IMG/VR virus record: IMGVR_UViG_3300028888_000058 | Span: 39,060-103,059 of that record | Source: a virus | Lineage: Duplodnaviria; Heunggongvirae; Uroviricota; Caudoviricetes | Reading direction: 5' to 3' (one strand) | Length of the DNA stretch: 64,000 nucleotides | Part shown: positions 40,301-49,820 of the stretch, piece by piece | Numbering within the stretch: position 1 is the stretch's first letter | Layout of the letters: every line of letters starts with the position of its first letter | Made by a program: the position numbers and the translations under genes | Notes under the pieces: generated by a model | What the model saw: the letters and a program-made list of their open reading frames with translations, nothing else | Database searches by the model: none | Told to the model about the DNA's origin: nothing

Positions 40301-43300
40301 TAATGCTCCTGATTCACGTCCTGCTGTTGTATTCTATACTGATACATCTTCAGCAATACCTACTAAAAAGTTCTTAGGACAATTCGTATTAATGGATGAT
40401 AAGAAATCAGATCATATATTTGGCGAACGTTCTATTTATCTTTGGGGTGATGGTAATGATCCATTCTGTATGACAACAGAAGGTGCAGATACTCCAGTAA
40501 TTATAAATGGTAAGACTAAAAAAGGATATGACCAAGATGAATTCTGTGTTTGGGATAATAAACGTGTATTAAGAATTGAATGCGTACTTATTAACACTCC
40601 ATTAACATCATTCATGGATTTTAATGTACCTAATGACATTGTTATTGATAAAGACGGTAATACTGAAGATGATCAAACATTTACAAATGATCATGCCGCT
40701 TCAGATATTAAATATGAAACAGATCCTTCAACTGGAGAATTCATACTTGATGAAAATGGTAATAAGAAACCATTGAACTATTACTGGGAAGACTATTTTG
40801 AAATGATATTCCCTGATGAAGATGATATTTCTGAAGATGATGCTGCTGAGAATTTAAATAAATTTAGTGGTGTTCATAAGACTCCAGAACAAGCAGCAGA
40901 TCCAAATTATAAATGGCCAGAAGGAACATCTAAGTTCATTAAGAAAGCACAACCATGGATAGATTTCTTGAGATGGATCTGTTCAATAGGACAGCTTAAT
41001 AAAGATTCACAAGGAAACCCAATTATAAATGGCAATGTTTCTACAGCAGCATTAAATAAATTTAAATCTGAAGCACATGACCACTTAGATCTTTATAAGT
41101 TAGCTGCTTATTATATATTCTACATAAGATTTGGTCTTGTTGACTCTGTAGAACGTAATGCTCAATATAAAACATATGATGGATTACACTGGTTCTTAGA
41201 GCCATGGGATATGGATATCGCATTAGGTAATAAGAATACTGGTGGTCTTGCATTTGATCCTCCTATGGACCGTACAACAATGCTTGATGCTACATCACAG
41301 ACATATGCATATTCAGGAAGATCAAAAACTACTTCTAATGTTCTATGGGATTGCTTAGAAAAATGGGATTATTGGAGAGATGTAATTGTTCCTGAAACTG
41401 CACAAGCATTATATGAAGGTGGATTGACATACGATAAGATAACAGAAATGTTTGATAACAATTTTGCTAATAAATGGGCAGAATTAGTATATAATGAATC
41501 TGGTATGTATAAGTACGTAGAAAAAGCTCAGGATGCTACATGGCTTAACTGGTTACAAGGATCTCGTACTTCACACCGTCACTGGTGGATATCTACATCA
41601 ATGAACTATTATGATTCTAAATGGACTTGTGGACAGTTTAATTCATCAAGAATATATATGGCTGTTGATAAACCTCAAGGAACTGAAGCTATCATAACAG
41701 TTGTGCCTACATCTGAATCATATTTTAAATTGACACAGATGGATACTACATTAAATAGAGGATTATATAGAGCTACCAAATCTTCTCCTGCAAGATGGGA
41801 TGCTACAAACTGGTCATTCTCTACAAAAGACCCATCACACTTATTTGGTGCATTATTCATGGAGAAGATTGACTTGGATGTATTTGGACAAGGATTACAA
41901 GTATTATCATTCCAAAATGCAGTTGACCCAGTATTAGGAGCAACTATTAAAGAATTAAGTATAGGTAGTAGATTGCCTGAAGACTTAGAAAGTCCAAGTA
42001 GAACGCAATTCACTGGATGGATTCATAAGGTAGCTCCAAGTATAACAAACTCTTCATCTACAACTTCTGAAGATGATTCTGAAGGAGCACCAGATGCATT
42101 AGAAAACATTATAACATATAATATAACAGGACAACTTGGCCTTAAGGATGGTGATATAATAAAATCTAATAGAGCAAAACTAAAGAACATATATGCTATA
42201 GGTACTGGATTTACAACATTGACTTCTTCTGCATTAGGAAACGTATATGAAAACGTCCATTTGCCAGGAAGAACTTTAGAAAATACTGGATCTACTGTAA
42301 AAACAACACCTGGCGTTATTAGTATTAATGTTACTAATACATCATGGAAAAACATAACATTCTGGGAAACATCATATAACTCATCAGGTACTGAAAGAGT
42401 TCCTTATGAAATTAATGGGGAAGTACAGAGAGATGAGAATGGAGATATCATATATATAGAAAATCCTACTGTAGCTACATTTAAAAAGATGAATAGAATT
42501 CCTAAAGAATTTAAATCATTGACATTCAAAGGATCTACTGCTAATAATGTATGTACATTAGAATTTGTATTAGATTGGTTTAATTCTATTGAATATTATG
42601 TTAGTCAAGACAATCCTGAATTATCTGGAGATGCATTAGAACGTAAAGTACTTGAATATATTGGTAATAATTGCACCGCATCATTAGATAATATTAGATG
42701 GAACTATAATAAGTCATTTAATGATCCTGACTATAGACCAATAACATATAAAGATGTAGTAAGATTAGGATACCTAAACGGAATGCCTGATGAAAATGGA
42801 ATTGGCGTAAACTGGGGTACAAATTCATCATTAAAAGGATATGTTAAAATTGAAGGTGAGAATATGAAACCTGCGCAATTAACTGAATTATCTAACTTAT
42901 TTGGTGAAAATGTATTTACTTTAAGTAATATTAACTCTAACTTAGTTATTGACCAAGAAAGTAACTATGCTCAGATTTCAGTATCAGGAAACATACATAT
43001 AGAAACAGATACAACAACCGGTGAATCTATAATCGTTGCTAATGAAGGATCATTGATTAAATTTAAATGTACATCATTCTTACTTTCTTCTGAAAGTGTT
43101 GAAAATTATGTATGGACAATCAATGGAGCTGAAGGAAACACATTCGAAAATGCTCCTGATGGATTTACAAGAAATCTTATATTAGATCAAACAACAAAAC
43201 CTGAAAGATATACTATTACTATTACTGCAACAAAAATAGGTGATCAATCAATTAATTCATCAGTAATTGTATATATAGATCCTACAATAACTGCTCGTGA

Positions 43301-44501
43301 CTTTAAGTTTGAACCTGTAAACGGTCGTGATGTTAGACGATTCATATGTGACGAAGTAACTGCTCGTAATATGTTCGGAAATAATGCTATGGTAAATGGT
43401 CAGCTTAGAGACATATTCATCATTCCTAAAGGTGGAATGCAACAAGAATTTAAGTTAGATACTACTACAGAATTTGATGCTACAATACATAGTGTAAGTT
43501 TCAGAATTGGGGCAATCAATAACTCATTACCTATCAGAGAAACTGCATCAACAGGATGGACAGGAAATGAATTATCAGTTAATGATTCAACTGAATATTA
43601 TGTAACTACTAATGAAGTAGCAGATGGAGAATTAATTAAAGTATTGACAACAGCCGATAGTTATATCAATCGTACTAAGAAGGTAGTTAATGGCATATTG
43701 ACTGGTGTTCGTAATAGTATTAAGTTTAAGACATGTGATGACATAACATTATTCAATACCACTTGTGAAGATATGAAATACTTTACATTATATGGAAGTG
43801 TCAAATATAATTCTCCAAGTATCGGCACTCATACATATGCATGCAATATCATATTATATGATGATTCTAACTTCATATTGTCGCAAAGCTCTAAAGCATT
43901 CGCACCTATATTAAGAAAGCTTAAGGAATATAATACAGAATACTATAGTCCTATAACATCATTATATAAGTCAGACCTATCAGTATTAAACGGAACATTA
44001 GATTTTAAAGATGACCAAGGAAACACAATAGATATGGCAAATGATGCACAGTCATTTATCGCATCTGGTAAAAATGAAAGCATATTCAATTATATGCCTA
44101 ACATACAGATACTTGACTTTACAGGATTAACATATAACTTTGAAGATTTTGCTACACAAGGAAAACAATACTTTAATATGAAAAAGTTAAGATCATTAAA
44201 TAAACTGATATTAAAGGACTGTCCTGCAACAAGTATGGATCTACTTATTGAGAATAGCTCAACAATACAAGAATTAGACTTAAGTGGAAACTGTAATGCT
44301 GGTCTTATTTGTAAAAATAATCCTGCATTAACTACAATAAGTCTAGGTAAACCAAGTTTAATAAACATATCTGACTGTGCAAGTTTAACAAATAATGGTG
44401 TAACAATAACAGATAACTCATTGGTTAATAGTATTGATTTGAAATCAACATCTACAGACAGTTTGATAATGTTTAAGCTATTAAATAAATTCTTGGCATA
44501 A
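37395..44501 (+). CDS. Giant virion-associated protein (2368 aa); putative fibre or adhesin
   Basis: Uninterrupted 7.1-kb ORF next to the tail-fibre paralogs. No recognisable catalytic motif. Confidence 0.55.
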   Translation: MGLYTGSLNEFIDWISNRDIITNRKTIVDTISGGSIRELLQSHLRKPFYVHEDIDNNRKLLFSSEESKIRYFKAVEEAGGNENAIAQKYKDLVLLEFDIPAPHKIICVGENDEVLKTMNILSGSARQMIKFKVYIDDKTSGLNSSYEVKFKLVGPNNQVTYEDVRTYDSTSTTDVQLFDCFDYLQTGSNTLTLSIRLTGDISAEKINPQIPINIISYNISAEYATSNWFDPISIGSNLPINMIVNRSISTPVSQTISYYIDDYSNPKGTITKNIEGLRVATSLTIPNDIIRECVWPQSGTEESMHPKHYLLIKGNMSTTDNSINFDSNSLLYEFITQSDEQEELNNHFIIIKLSIPAGSLQTSNGMEGIYLTGIQYEEFILDWAYFTNGGTDASISVEWELCQYDTETGEVIEDSRTYLATLSGIRNQVAEPLRFVPDQPYLESENWHLVGTVLSNIKDSESGEPRRYKAFDRQIIIERSSFEFEFNEWAGYVFKLNAYGRTNSESETSRTRWMPTGTILNTANIPQMNFSPSIPWDSANGWSNNSLTFNSETCFGTINFNAFPSGNQYLLSEYGRTIEIDFMSGSVNNDEDPLIIIGANGETSRTYEGSTRTNPAIYIYPTKAVMYSGATEVIKTNYKSNERIQLTFIFMPNTAIKDAKNVYIVNNGVLERGANLSDQTISNANGWIRIGGTNSQISLYNIRVWWRNMPVYDAFTNFLFDAPNKSSIIIRNSITKGSGSSEIDYDRCVSKIDTFLISGNINNILTPGVNKEDSETPVNILYTTPSDGQYLGFNATAVKMRKHGQSTLNYPIASFKFWLNKSKGENNPQVEFKDGVKNLRLVKNRYPINIGSIPSNKYVLQANYADSSGVHNGGLLRLINETWYNAPFKKSNGVIEYKLRTSPQLFTSNQTVIHNDTLLNEVGSSVWTDGYGNTDVEINGVSAKNHTWGDLRIAETGNAQLTAFPYKLRNAPDSRPAVVFYTDTSSAIPTKKFLGQFVLMDDKKSDHIFGERSIYLWGDGNDPFCMTTEGADTPVIINGKTKKGYDQDEFCVWDNKRVLRIECVLINTPLTSFMDFNVPNDIVIDKDGNTEDDQTFTNDHAASDIKYETDPSTGEFILDENGNKKPLNYYWEDYFEMIFPDEDDISEDDAAENLNKFSGVHKTPEQAADPNYKWPEGTSKFIKKAQPWIDFLRWICSIGQLNKDSQGNPIINGNVSTAALNKFKSEAHDHLDLYKLAAYYIFYIRFGLVDSVERNAQYKTYDGLHWFLEPWDMDIALGNKNTGGLAFDPPMDRTTMLDATSQTYAYSGRSKTTSNVLWDCLEKWDYWRDVIVPETAQALYEGGLTYDKITEMFDNNFANKWAELVYNESGMYKYVEKAQDATWLNWLQGSRTSHRHWWISTSMNYYDSKWTCGQFNSSRIYMAVDKPQGTEAIITVVPTSESYFKLTQMDTTLNRGLYRATKSSPARWDATNWSFSTKDPSHLFGALFMEKIDLDVFGQGLQVLSFQNAVDPVLGATIKELSIGSRLPEDLESPSRTQFTGWIHKVAPSITNSSSTTSEDDSEGAPDALENIITYNITGQLGLKDGDIIKSNRAKLKNIYAIGTGFTTLTSSALGNVYENVHLPGRTLENTGSTVKTTPGVISINVTNTSWKNITFWETSYNSSGTERVPYEINGEVQRDENGDIIYIENPTVATFKKMNRIPKEFKSLTFKGSTANNVCTLEFVLDWFNSIEYYVSQDNPELSGDALERKVLEYIGNNCTASLDNIRWNYNKSFNDPDYRPITYKDVVRLGYLNGMPDENGIGVNWGTNSSLKGYVKIEGENMKPAQLTELSNLFGENVFTLSNINSNLVIDQESNYAQISVSGNIHIETDTTTGESIIVANEGSLIKFKCTSFLLSSESVENYVWTINGAEGNTFENAPDGFTRNLILDQTTKPERYTITITATKIGDQSINSSVIVYIDPTITARDFKFEPVNGRDVRRFICDEVTARNMFGNNAMVNGQLRDIFIIPKGGMQQEFKLDTTTEFDATIHSVSFRIGAINNSLPIRETASTGWTGNELSVNDSTEYYVTTNEVADGELIKVLTTADSYINRTKKVVNGILTGVRNSIKFKTCDDITLFNTTCEDMKYFTLYGSVKYNSPSIGTHTYACNIILYDDSNFILSQSSKAFAPILRKLKEYNTEYYSPITSLYKSDLSVLNGTLDFKDDQGNTIDMANDAQSFIASGKNESIFNYMPNIQILDFTGLTYNFEDFATQGKQYFNMKKLRSLNKLILKDCPATSMDLLIENSSTIQELDLSGNCNAGLICKNNPALTTISLGKPSLINISDCASLTNNGVTITDNSLVNSIDLKSTSTDSLIMFKLLNKFLA

Positions 44502-44505
44502 TATA

Positions 44506-46659
44506 ATGGGAAAACATATTAAATTAACTCAAACAGTTGGGCAGGAAAATAACGTACCTGCTCAACTTATAACAAAACTATATACATTATATAGTAATCA
44601 ATTAAAAGGATTGGATTCATGGGACTGTAATGAAGACTCTATACAAGGAACATTTAAGACAGGATATACATATGATAAATATGTAGAAGCATTACATTCA
44701 TTCTTCAATAATCTTAATATTATATCTGAAGGATATTATGTATATTTTGAAGATCCTGTTGTAGAATCAATAATATTAAACCAATTAGTTAATGTAATAT
44801 ATCCAGAAAAACATTATGAAGGAGTTATTACAGGTTTAGAAGTAAATAATTCAGGTAATTCTGATTATTATGGATTTAGACGAATATTTAAAGGCAATAA
44901 TGAAATACAAACATTTGATGAGCTATCAAAACTAACAAATGTGAAAGCATTAGCAACAAGTGAATTTGCTAGTTCACAATCATTAACAAGCATAGATTTA
45001 ACAAATATTGAAACATTTGGAATTAATGCATTTGCATATTGTTCTAATTTAGAATTCTTTAATGGACAGAATTCAGAAAAAGGATCTTTACGTTTGCCTA
45101 ACCTTAAATCAAACGGTTTCTCTGGAGGAATCTTTCAATGGGAAAAGACAAATAATGTATGGAGAGGTCCTAAAGTAAAAAAGATATATGACTTAGGAAA
45201 CTGTACAGTCATACAAGATAGAATATTTTTACACTGTATTTCACTTGAATATATTGAAGACGGCATATTAGAACAAATTACACGTATTGGACATTATTCA
45301 TTTCAATACTGTGAAAACTTGATAATAAATGACTTAAAATTGCCTAATATAACAACTATAGGAAATGAAGCATTTCGCAATACACAAATAAAGAAAATAT
45401 CTGAATTGGGAAACTGTACGATATGTGAATACACATTTGAATACTGTGATAAATTAACATCAATATCTCCAGAAGCATTAGAAAATATAACAAAAATATA
45501 TAAAGGGGCATTTGCATATTGTACAAATTTGGTAATAGATGACTTAAGTCTACCACAATTAACAGAAATTAGTGAAGATGCATTTAGAGGATGTAAAATA
45601 AAAACAGTATCGAACTTAGGTAATGTAACAACAGTAACTGGATTTACAAATTGCACAACACTAACATCAGTATCAATTCCATTAAGTGCAAATAAATTAG
45701 GTCAAAGTGCGTTTATGGGATGTGTCAATCTAACAGGTGTCAATGATATCATAAATAGAATAACATATTTTGATACTGATTGTATGACAGGTATATTAAC
45801 ATTACCATCAATTATATACATAAAAGCTAATGTTTGTAGTTATAGACCATTTAAAGATTCAAATGTTAGATCAATGTATCTTCCTAACATAACACATACA
45901 AACAGTATTAGTGGATATGATACTCCAGGTGTTGGTAGATTAAATAGAACAGTAATGTGTGGATCAACAATGGATATCTATTATCTAAAAAATATTCGTA
46001 AAATAAATGGATGGCTATTTGGTGGTAAGTCATACGCCGACATATATGCAACGGAATGGGATGGAACCTTATATTATAATACAAACTATGAAGGTCTAGG
46101 AAGACGTAGAGAAAACAATAATTGGGTACAGGAATATAAAGGCGCGGTACCATTTGGAGAACGTGGGCAACGTATCGACAAGTGGGCAGCTAATGTACTT
46201 TGGGCAAATATAAAATATTTGGTCATAAATAATACAACACCACCAGAATATTGGCAATCAACATATCAATATGGAGGCAGTATATTTAGTAGTATATCAT
46301 TATATATGAAAGCTGAGAGCGGATCTAATGAAACTTTCCATTATTTGGTTGTACCTAGATCTGCAATTAATACATATTTAAACTGGGATGCAATCAATCC
46401 TGATTTAAGTTCACCAAATTTAGACAGTGAGTATAGACAAAAATTTACTGATATTACCAAGTTTACAAATGATGCTACTGAAAATAGAATAATAGCTTTA
46501 GAAAGCATGGGGCATTTTGCAACAAAAGCAGAATATGATGCTGCTCCAGATATGCCAGATGGAGTACATAGTAAAAATGAATATCTAATAGAAGAATACA
46601 TGGGATTATTACCAGGAGAGTCAATTAACTGGGATTCAACTCCAACTTGGGGAGTATAA
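44506..46659 (+). CDS. BspA-type leucine-rich-repeat protein, paralog 1; putative receptor-binding protein
   Basis: Shares an approximately 100-aa N-terminal domain with the next two genes. Repeats of the form AFxxCxNL...LPNIT. C-terminus IEEYMGLLPGESINWDSTPTWGV. Confidence 0.55.
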   Translation: MGKHIKLTQTVGQENNVPAQLITKLYTLYSNQLKGLDSWDCNEDSIQGTFKTGYTYDKYVEALHSFFNNLNIISEGYYVYFEDPVVESIILNQLVNVIYPEKHYEGVITGLEVNNSGNSDYYGFRRIFKGNNEIQTFDELSKLTNVKALATSEFASSQSLTSIDLTNIETFGINAFAYCSNLEFFNGQNSEKGSLRLPNLKSNGFSGGIFQWEKTNNVWRGPKVKKIYDLGNCTVIQDRIFLHCISLEYIEDGILEQITRIGHYSFQYCENLIINDLKLPNITTIGNEAFRNTQIKKISELGNCTICEYTFEYCDKLTSISPEALENITKIYKGAFAYCTNLVIDDLSLPQLTEISEDAFRGCKIKTVSNLGNVTTVTGFTNCTTLTSVSIPLSANKLGQSAFMGCVNLTGVNDIINRITYFDTDCMTGILTLPSIIYIKANVCSYRPFKDSNVRSMYLPNITHTNSISGYDTPGVGRLNRTVMCGSTMDIYYLKNIRKINGWLFGGKSYADIYATEWDGTLYYNTNYEGLGRRRENNNWVQEYKGAVPFGERGQRIDKWAANVLWANIKYLVINNTTPPEYWQSTYQYGGSIFSSISLYMKAESGSNETFHYLVVPRSAINTYLNWDAINPDLSSPNLDSEYRQKFTDITKFTNDATENRIIALESMGHFATKAEYDAAPDMPDGVHSKNEYLIEEYMGLLPGESINWDSTPTWGV

Positions 46660-46687
46660 TATAATAAAATTATAAAGTAAATAACGA

Positions 46688-48487
46688 ATGTCTAAAAAAC
46701 ATATTAAAGTTAATCAAATAAATGTTCAAGAAACTAATGTTCCTTCTGAATTAATTACCAAACTTTATAGATTAATTAAAAGTACTGAAGCTGGAAACGA
46801 AGTATGGGATGCTATGGATGAAGGCAAAATAGATACGGCATTAGTAGGATCATTTAAAACAAAAGGATATACATATGAAGAATATGTAGATAAAATAAAT
46901 CAATATTTTGATGGTACTTTAACTATAGAAGCTGAAGGATATTATATTTTATTTCAAGATGATTTTGTTTTAAATACTTTATTAGACAAAGGATTCGGTG
47001 ATGGTACAGGTATATCTACAGATGTAGCTAGAAATATTATGTTTAATCCATGGGATATGTTTAAATCAACTGAAATAGAATATTTTAATGAATTTAAATA
47101 TTTTTCTGATTTAAATAGTAGAAATACACAATCTAATAATCCTGGTAATAATAGAAGTTTTTGTTTTAGAGATTCAAATTTAAAATCAATAGACTTAAGT
47201 AATTTAACAGCTCCAGTACCTTATAATGCATTTAAAGGTTGTACATCATTAACTTCAATAGGTAGTTTATCAAAATGCAGTTATATTGGAGAATCTGCAT
47301 TTTCTGGTTGTACTTCATTAACTTCAATAGATTTATCAAATATTACATGTTTATATAAAGACTCTTTAAGACAAACAGGATTAGTTCTAACAAATGAAGA
47401 TTTACAAAATATATCTACATTTATTGGAAATCGTGATTCAGGCGTTTTTGGCGCGGGTAATTATGTAACATTATTAGACATTGAACTATTAGATTTACCA
47501 AATTGTACATATGTAGCAGATACTACTTTTACTAAACAAACAAATATAAAATATGTTAATTTAGAAAATTTAAACACACTATGTGGAAATAAAACATTTT
47601 ATGGATGTACACAATTAATTACAGCAAAATTAATTGGAACATTTATTGAAATAGATGGTGATTTTTCATATAATGGTAATGGTATGTTTGAAAGTTGCGT
47701 TAATTTAAGAGAAGTAGAATTACCAGTAAATTTATCAAATTTATCATATCATATATTTTATAATTGTACAAATTTAACTACAGTTAATTTTAGTGATTTT
47801 CAAGAAAATCTTACTATAATTGATGGAAATGCTTTTTATAAAACTAATTTTACACATAAAGTATTTTATTTACCACGTTGTATAAAATTTGGTGGTGTAT
47901 ATAATCATGGAAGAGGATCTAATTATGATGGATCTACTGCTCCATTTATAGGTATGATAGGTAATTATAGTTTTTATTTACCAAAAATTACTGAAATTCA
48001 TGATTCATATGCATCTAATAATTCAAGAGGAAATAGAGTATCATATTTTGGTGAAAGGATATATATGCCATATATAACATTATTTTCAAATAATGTTCAT
48101 AATCAACATCATGACCATTCAACTATTAAAACATTATATTTTAAAAAATTAAATAAAGTACAGGCTAGTACATTTGCAGGATTTACTGTAGATATACTTA
48201 TATTTAATAATGCAACACCTCCTCAACTTGAAATAATGAGTGATTGGGTAGATACTGGAGATGGTGATAATGGAATATGCTTATTTAATGAAGATATGTT
48301 TAGAACTACTATCATTAATGATGGTATTTATGTACCAGATTCTGCAGTAGAAACATATAAAGCTACTTCATATTTCTCAAGTGTTATAGATAAAATTAAA
48401 CCTTTAAGTATATGTCCACGAATTACTATTGAACAAGGCATGGGTGGTATGGCTGGACTAATAGAAGAATATATGAATGAAAAATAA
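46688..48487 (+). CDS. BspA-type LRR protein, paralog 2
   Basis: Conserved N-terminal domain NVPSELITKLY...GYTYEEYV...AEGYYILF. LRR-type repeats. Confidence 0.55.
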   Translation: MSKKHIKVNQINVQETNVPSELITKLYRLIKSTEAGNEVWDAMDEGKIDTALVGSFKTKGYTYEEYVDKINQYFDGTLTIEAEGYYILFQDDFVLNTLLDKGFGDGTGISTDVARNIMFNPWDMFKSTEIEYFNEFKYFSDLNSRNTQSNNPGNNRSFCFRDSNLKSIDLSNLTAPVPYNAFKGCTSLTSIGSLSKCSYIGESAFSGCTSLTSIDLSNITCLYKDSLRQTGLVLTNEDLQNISTFIGNRDSGVFGAGNYVTLLDIELLDLPNCTYVADTTFTKQTNIKYVNLENLNTLCGNKTFYGCTQLITAKLIGTFIEIDGDFSYNGNGMFESCVNLREVELPVNLSNLSYHIFYNCTNLTTVNFSDFQENLTIIDGNAFYKTNFTHKVFYLPRCIKFGGVYNHGRGSNYDGSTAPFIGMIGNYSFYLPKITEIHDSYASNNSRGNRVSYFGERIYMPYITLFSNNVHNQHHDHSTIKTLYFKKLNKVQASTFAGFTVDILIFNNATPPQLEIMSDWVDTGDGDNGICLFNEDMFRTTIINDGIYVPDSAVETYKATSYFSSVIDKIKPLSICPRITIEQGMGGMAGLIEEYMNEK

Positions 48488-48525
48488 ACATAAAACTAAA
48501 AAATAAAATTAAATAATATTTAATA

Positions 48526-48595
48526 GAAGAATATATGGGATTAGGTCCAAATGAAACAATTAACTGGGATTCAACTCCAACATGGTCAATATAAA
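48526..48595 (+). pseudogene. Orphan remnant of the paralog-1 C-terminus (IEEYMGLGPNETINWDSTPTWSI, then stop)
   Basis: About 85% nucleotide identity to 46590-46659. Confidence 0.5.
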
Positions 48596-48611
48596 TATAT
48601 GAACATATAAT

Positions 48612-49655
48612 ATGTCAACTTTACATATAAACGTAAATCAACAAGAAAGTATAATTGAATATAATGTTCCACCTTCATTGATAAACAAGTTATATAAATT
48701 AGTTAACAGGGAAAATAATGGTGAAACAATATTTGATAATAATACTAATATAATTGGAACAATCAATACTGAATATACTTATGAAGAATATATAAATATT
48801 ATCAAAAACAGATTCAACCAGTTACATATAAATGCAGATGGATATTATATATTATTTGAAGATGAAAATTCTAAACAAATATTATTTAATGCAATTAATT
48901 GGACTGAAGAAGGAATTACTGCAGAACAAGCAGCTAATATTAATTTAATTGCATCAAATACAAAAATTAGTGGAACTTCAATAATATATTTTAATGAATT
49001 TAAATATTTTACAAGTAATAGTGGTCTTACTGATTTATTTAAAAATTGCACATCATTAAAAGAAGTAACTATGCCACCAATTGTTGCATCTTGGGCTAGA
49101 GGATATTATGATCATAGCCCATTTTATAACTGCTCATCATTAACAAAAGTTAATTGGAATAATTGTACAATAACTGGAGGAGATAAATATAGAAAATATT
49201 TTGGATTATATAATAAATGCTCATCAATAAAATGGTATGATGGAATATTGCCTCCAGGATGTGATGAAATTAGTGAACACATGTTTAATAATAGTGGTGT
49301 TGAAAAAATAATAGCTCCAGAAGGTATTACATGTATGGGTGCTATTGTTGGTGCGACAAAATGTGTATATATTGAATTACCTACAACAGTTACAGAAATA
49401 GATGCACAACATTGGGGACGAAATATGAATGAAAGATCTGGTGGTACTGGACAAATAGTTTTGGCATGTAAAGCTATAACTCCGCCAACATTATTAAGGA
49501 CTGATGGATTTCATGATGCTGATACTACAATATATGTACCAGATGAATTAATATCCGAATATCAAACTGCTTGGAGTAACTTTCCTAGACTTTCTGGAAT
49601 ATATGGATTATCAGAATTACCACAAACATATAAAGATATGGGTACAATTAAATAA
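48612..49655 (+). CDS. BspA-type LRR protein, paralog 3 (shorter)
   Basis: Conserved N-terminal domain NVPPSLINKLY...EYTYEEYI...ADGYYILFED. Confidence 0.5.
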   Translation: MSTLHINVNQQESIIEYNVPPSLINKLYKLVNRENNGETIFDNNTNIIGTINTEYTYEEYINIIKNRFNQLHINADGYYILFEDENSKQILFNAINWTEEGITAEQAANINLIASNTKISGTSIIYFNEFKYFTSNSGLTDLFKNCTSLKEVTMPPIVASWARGYYDHSPFYNCSSLTKVNWNNCTITGGDKYRKYFGLYNKCSSIKWYDGILPPGCDEISEHMFNNSGVEKIIAPEGITCMGAIVGATKCVYIELPTTVTEIDAQHWGRNMNERSGGTGQIVLACKAITPPTLLRTDGFHDADTTIYVPDELISEYQTAWSNFPRLSGIYGLSELPQTYKDMGTIK

Positions 49656-49667
49656 AAGAATATATGT

Positions 49668-49706
49668 AAAAGGAATTATGAAAGTAATTCCTTTTTATTT
49701 TGATCT
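49668..49706 (+). terminator. Rho-independent terminator
   Basis: aaaggaatta-tgaaag-taattccttt followed by ttattttg. Confidence 0.5.
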
Positions 49707-49820
49707 TAAAAAATATTTATTTTTATTAAAATATGTATTTTTTAATATTAATTTAAAAAAAAGTATATTATTTTTAATTGTATTTGAAATATTATAACAA
49801 AAATATTGTAAACCAATAAT

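Noticed and set aside
49603-49797. A 64-aa ORF in the intergenic region after LRR paralog 3
   Set aside because: It overlaps a terminator hairpin and an AT-rich promoter-like region and has a hydrophobic low-complexity translation. It is probably spurious.
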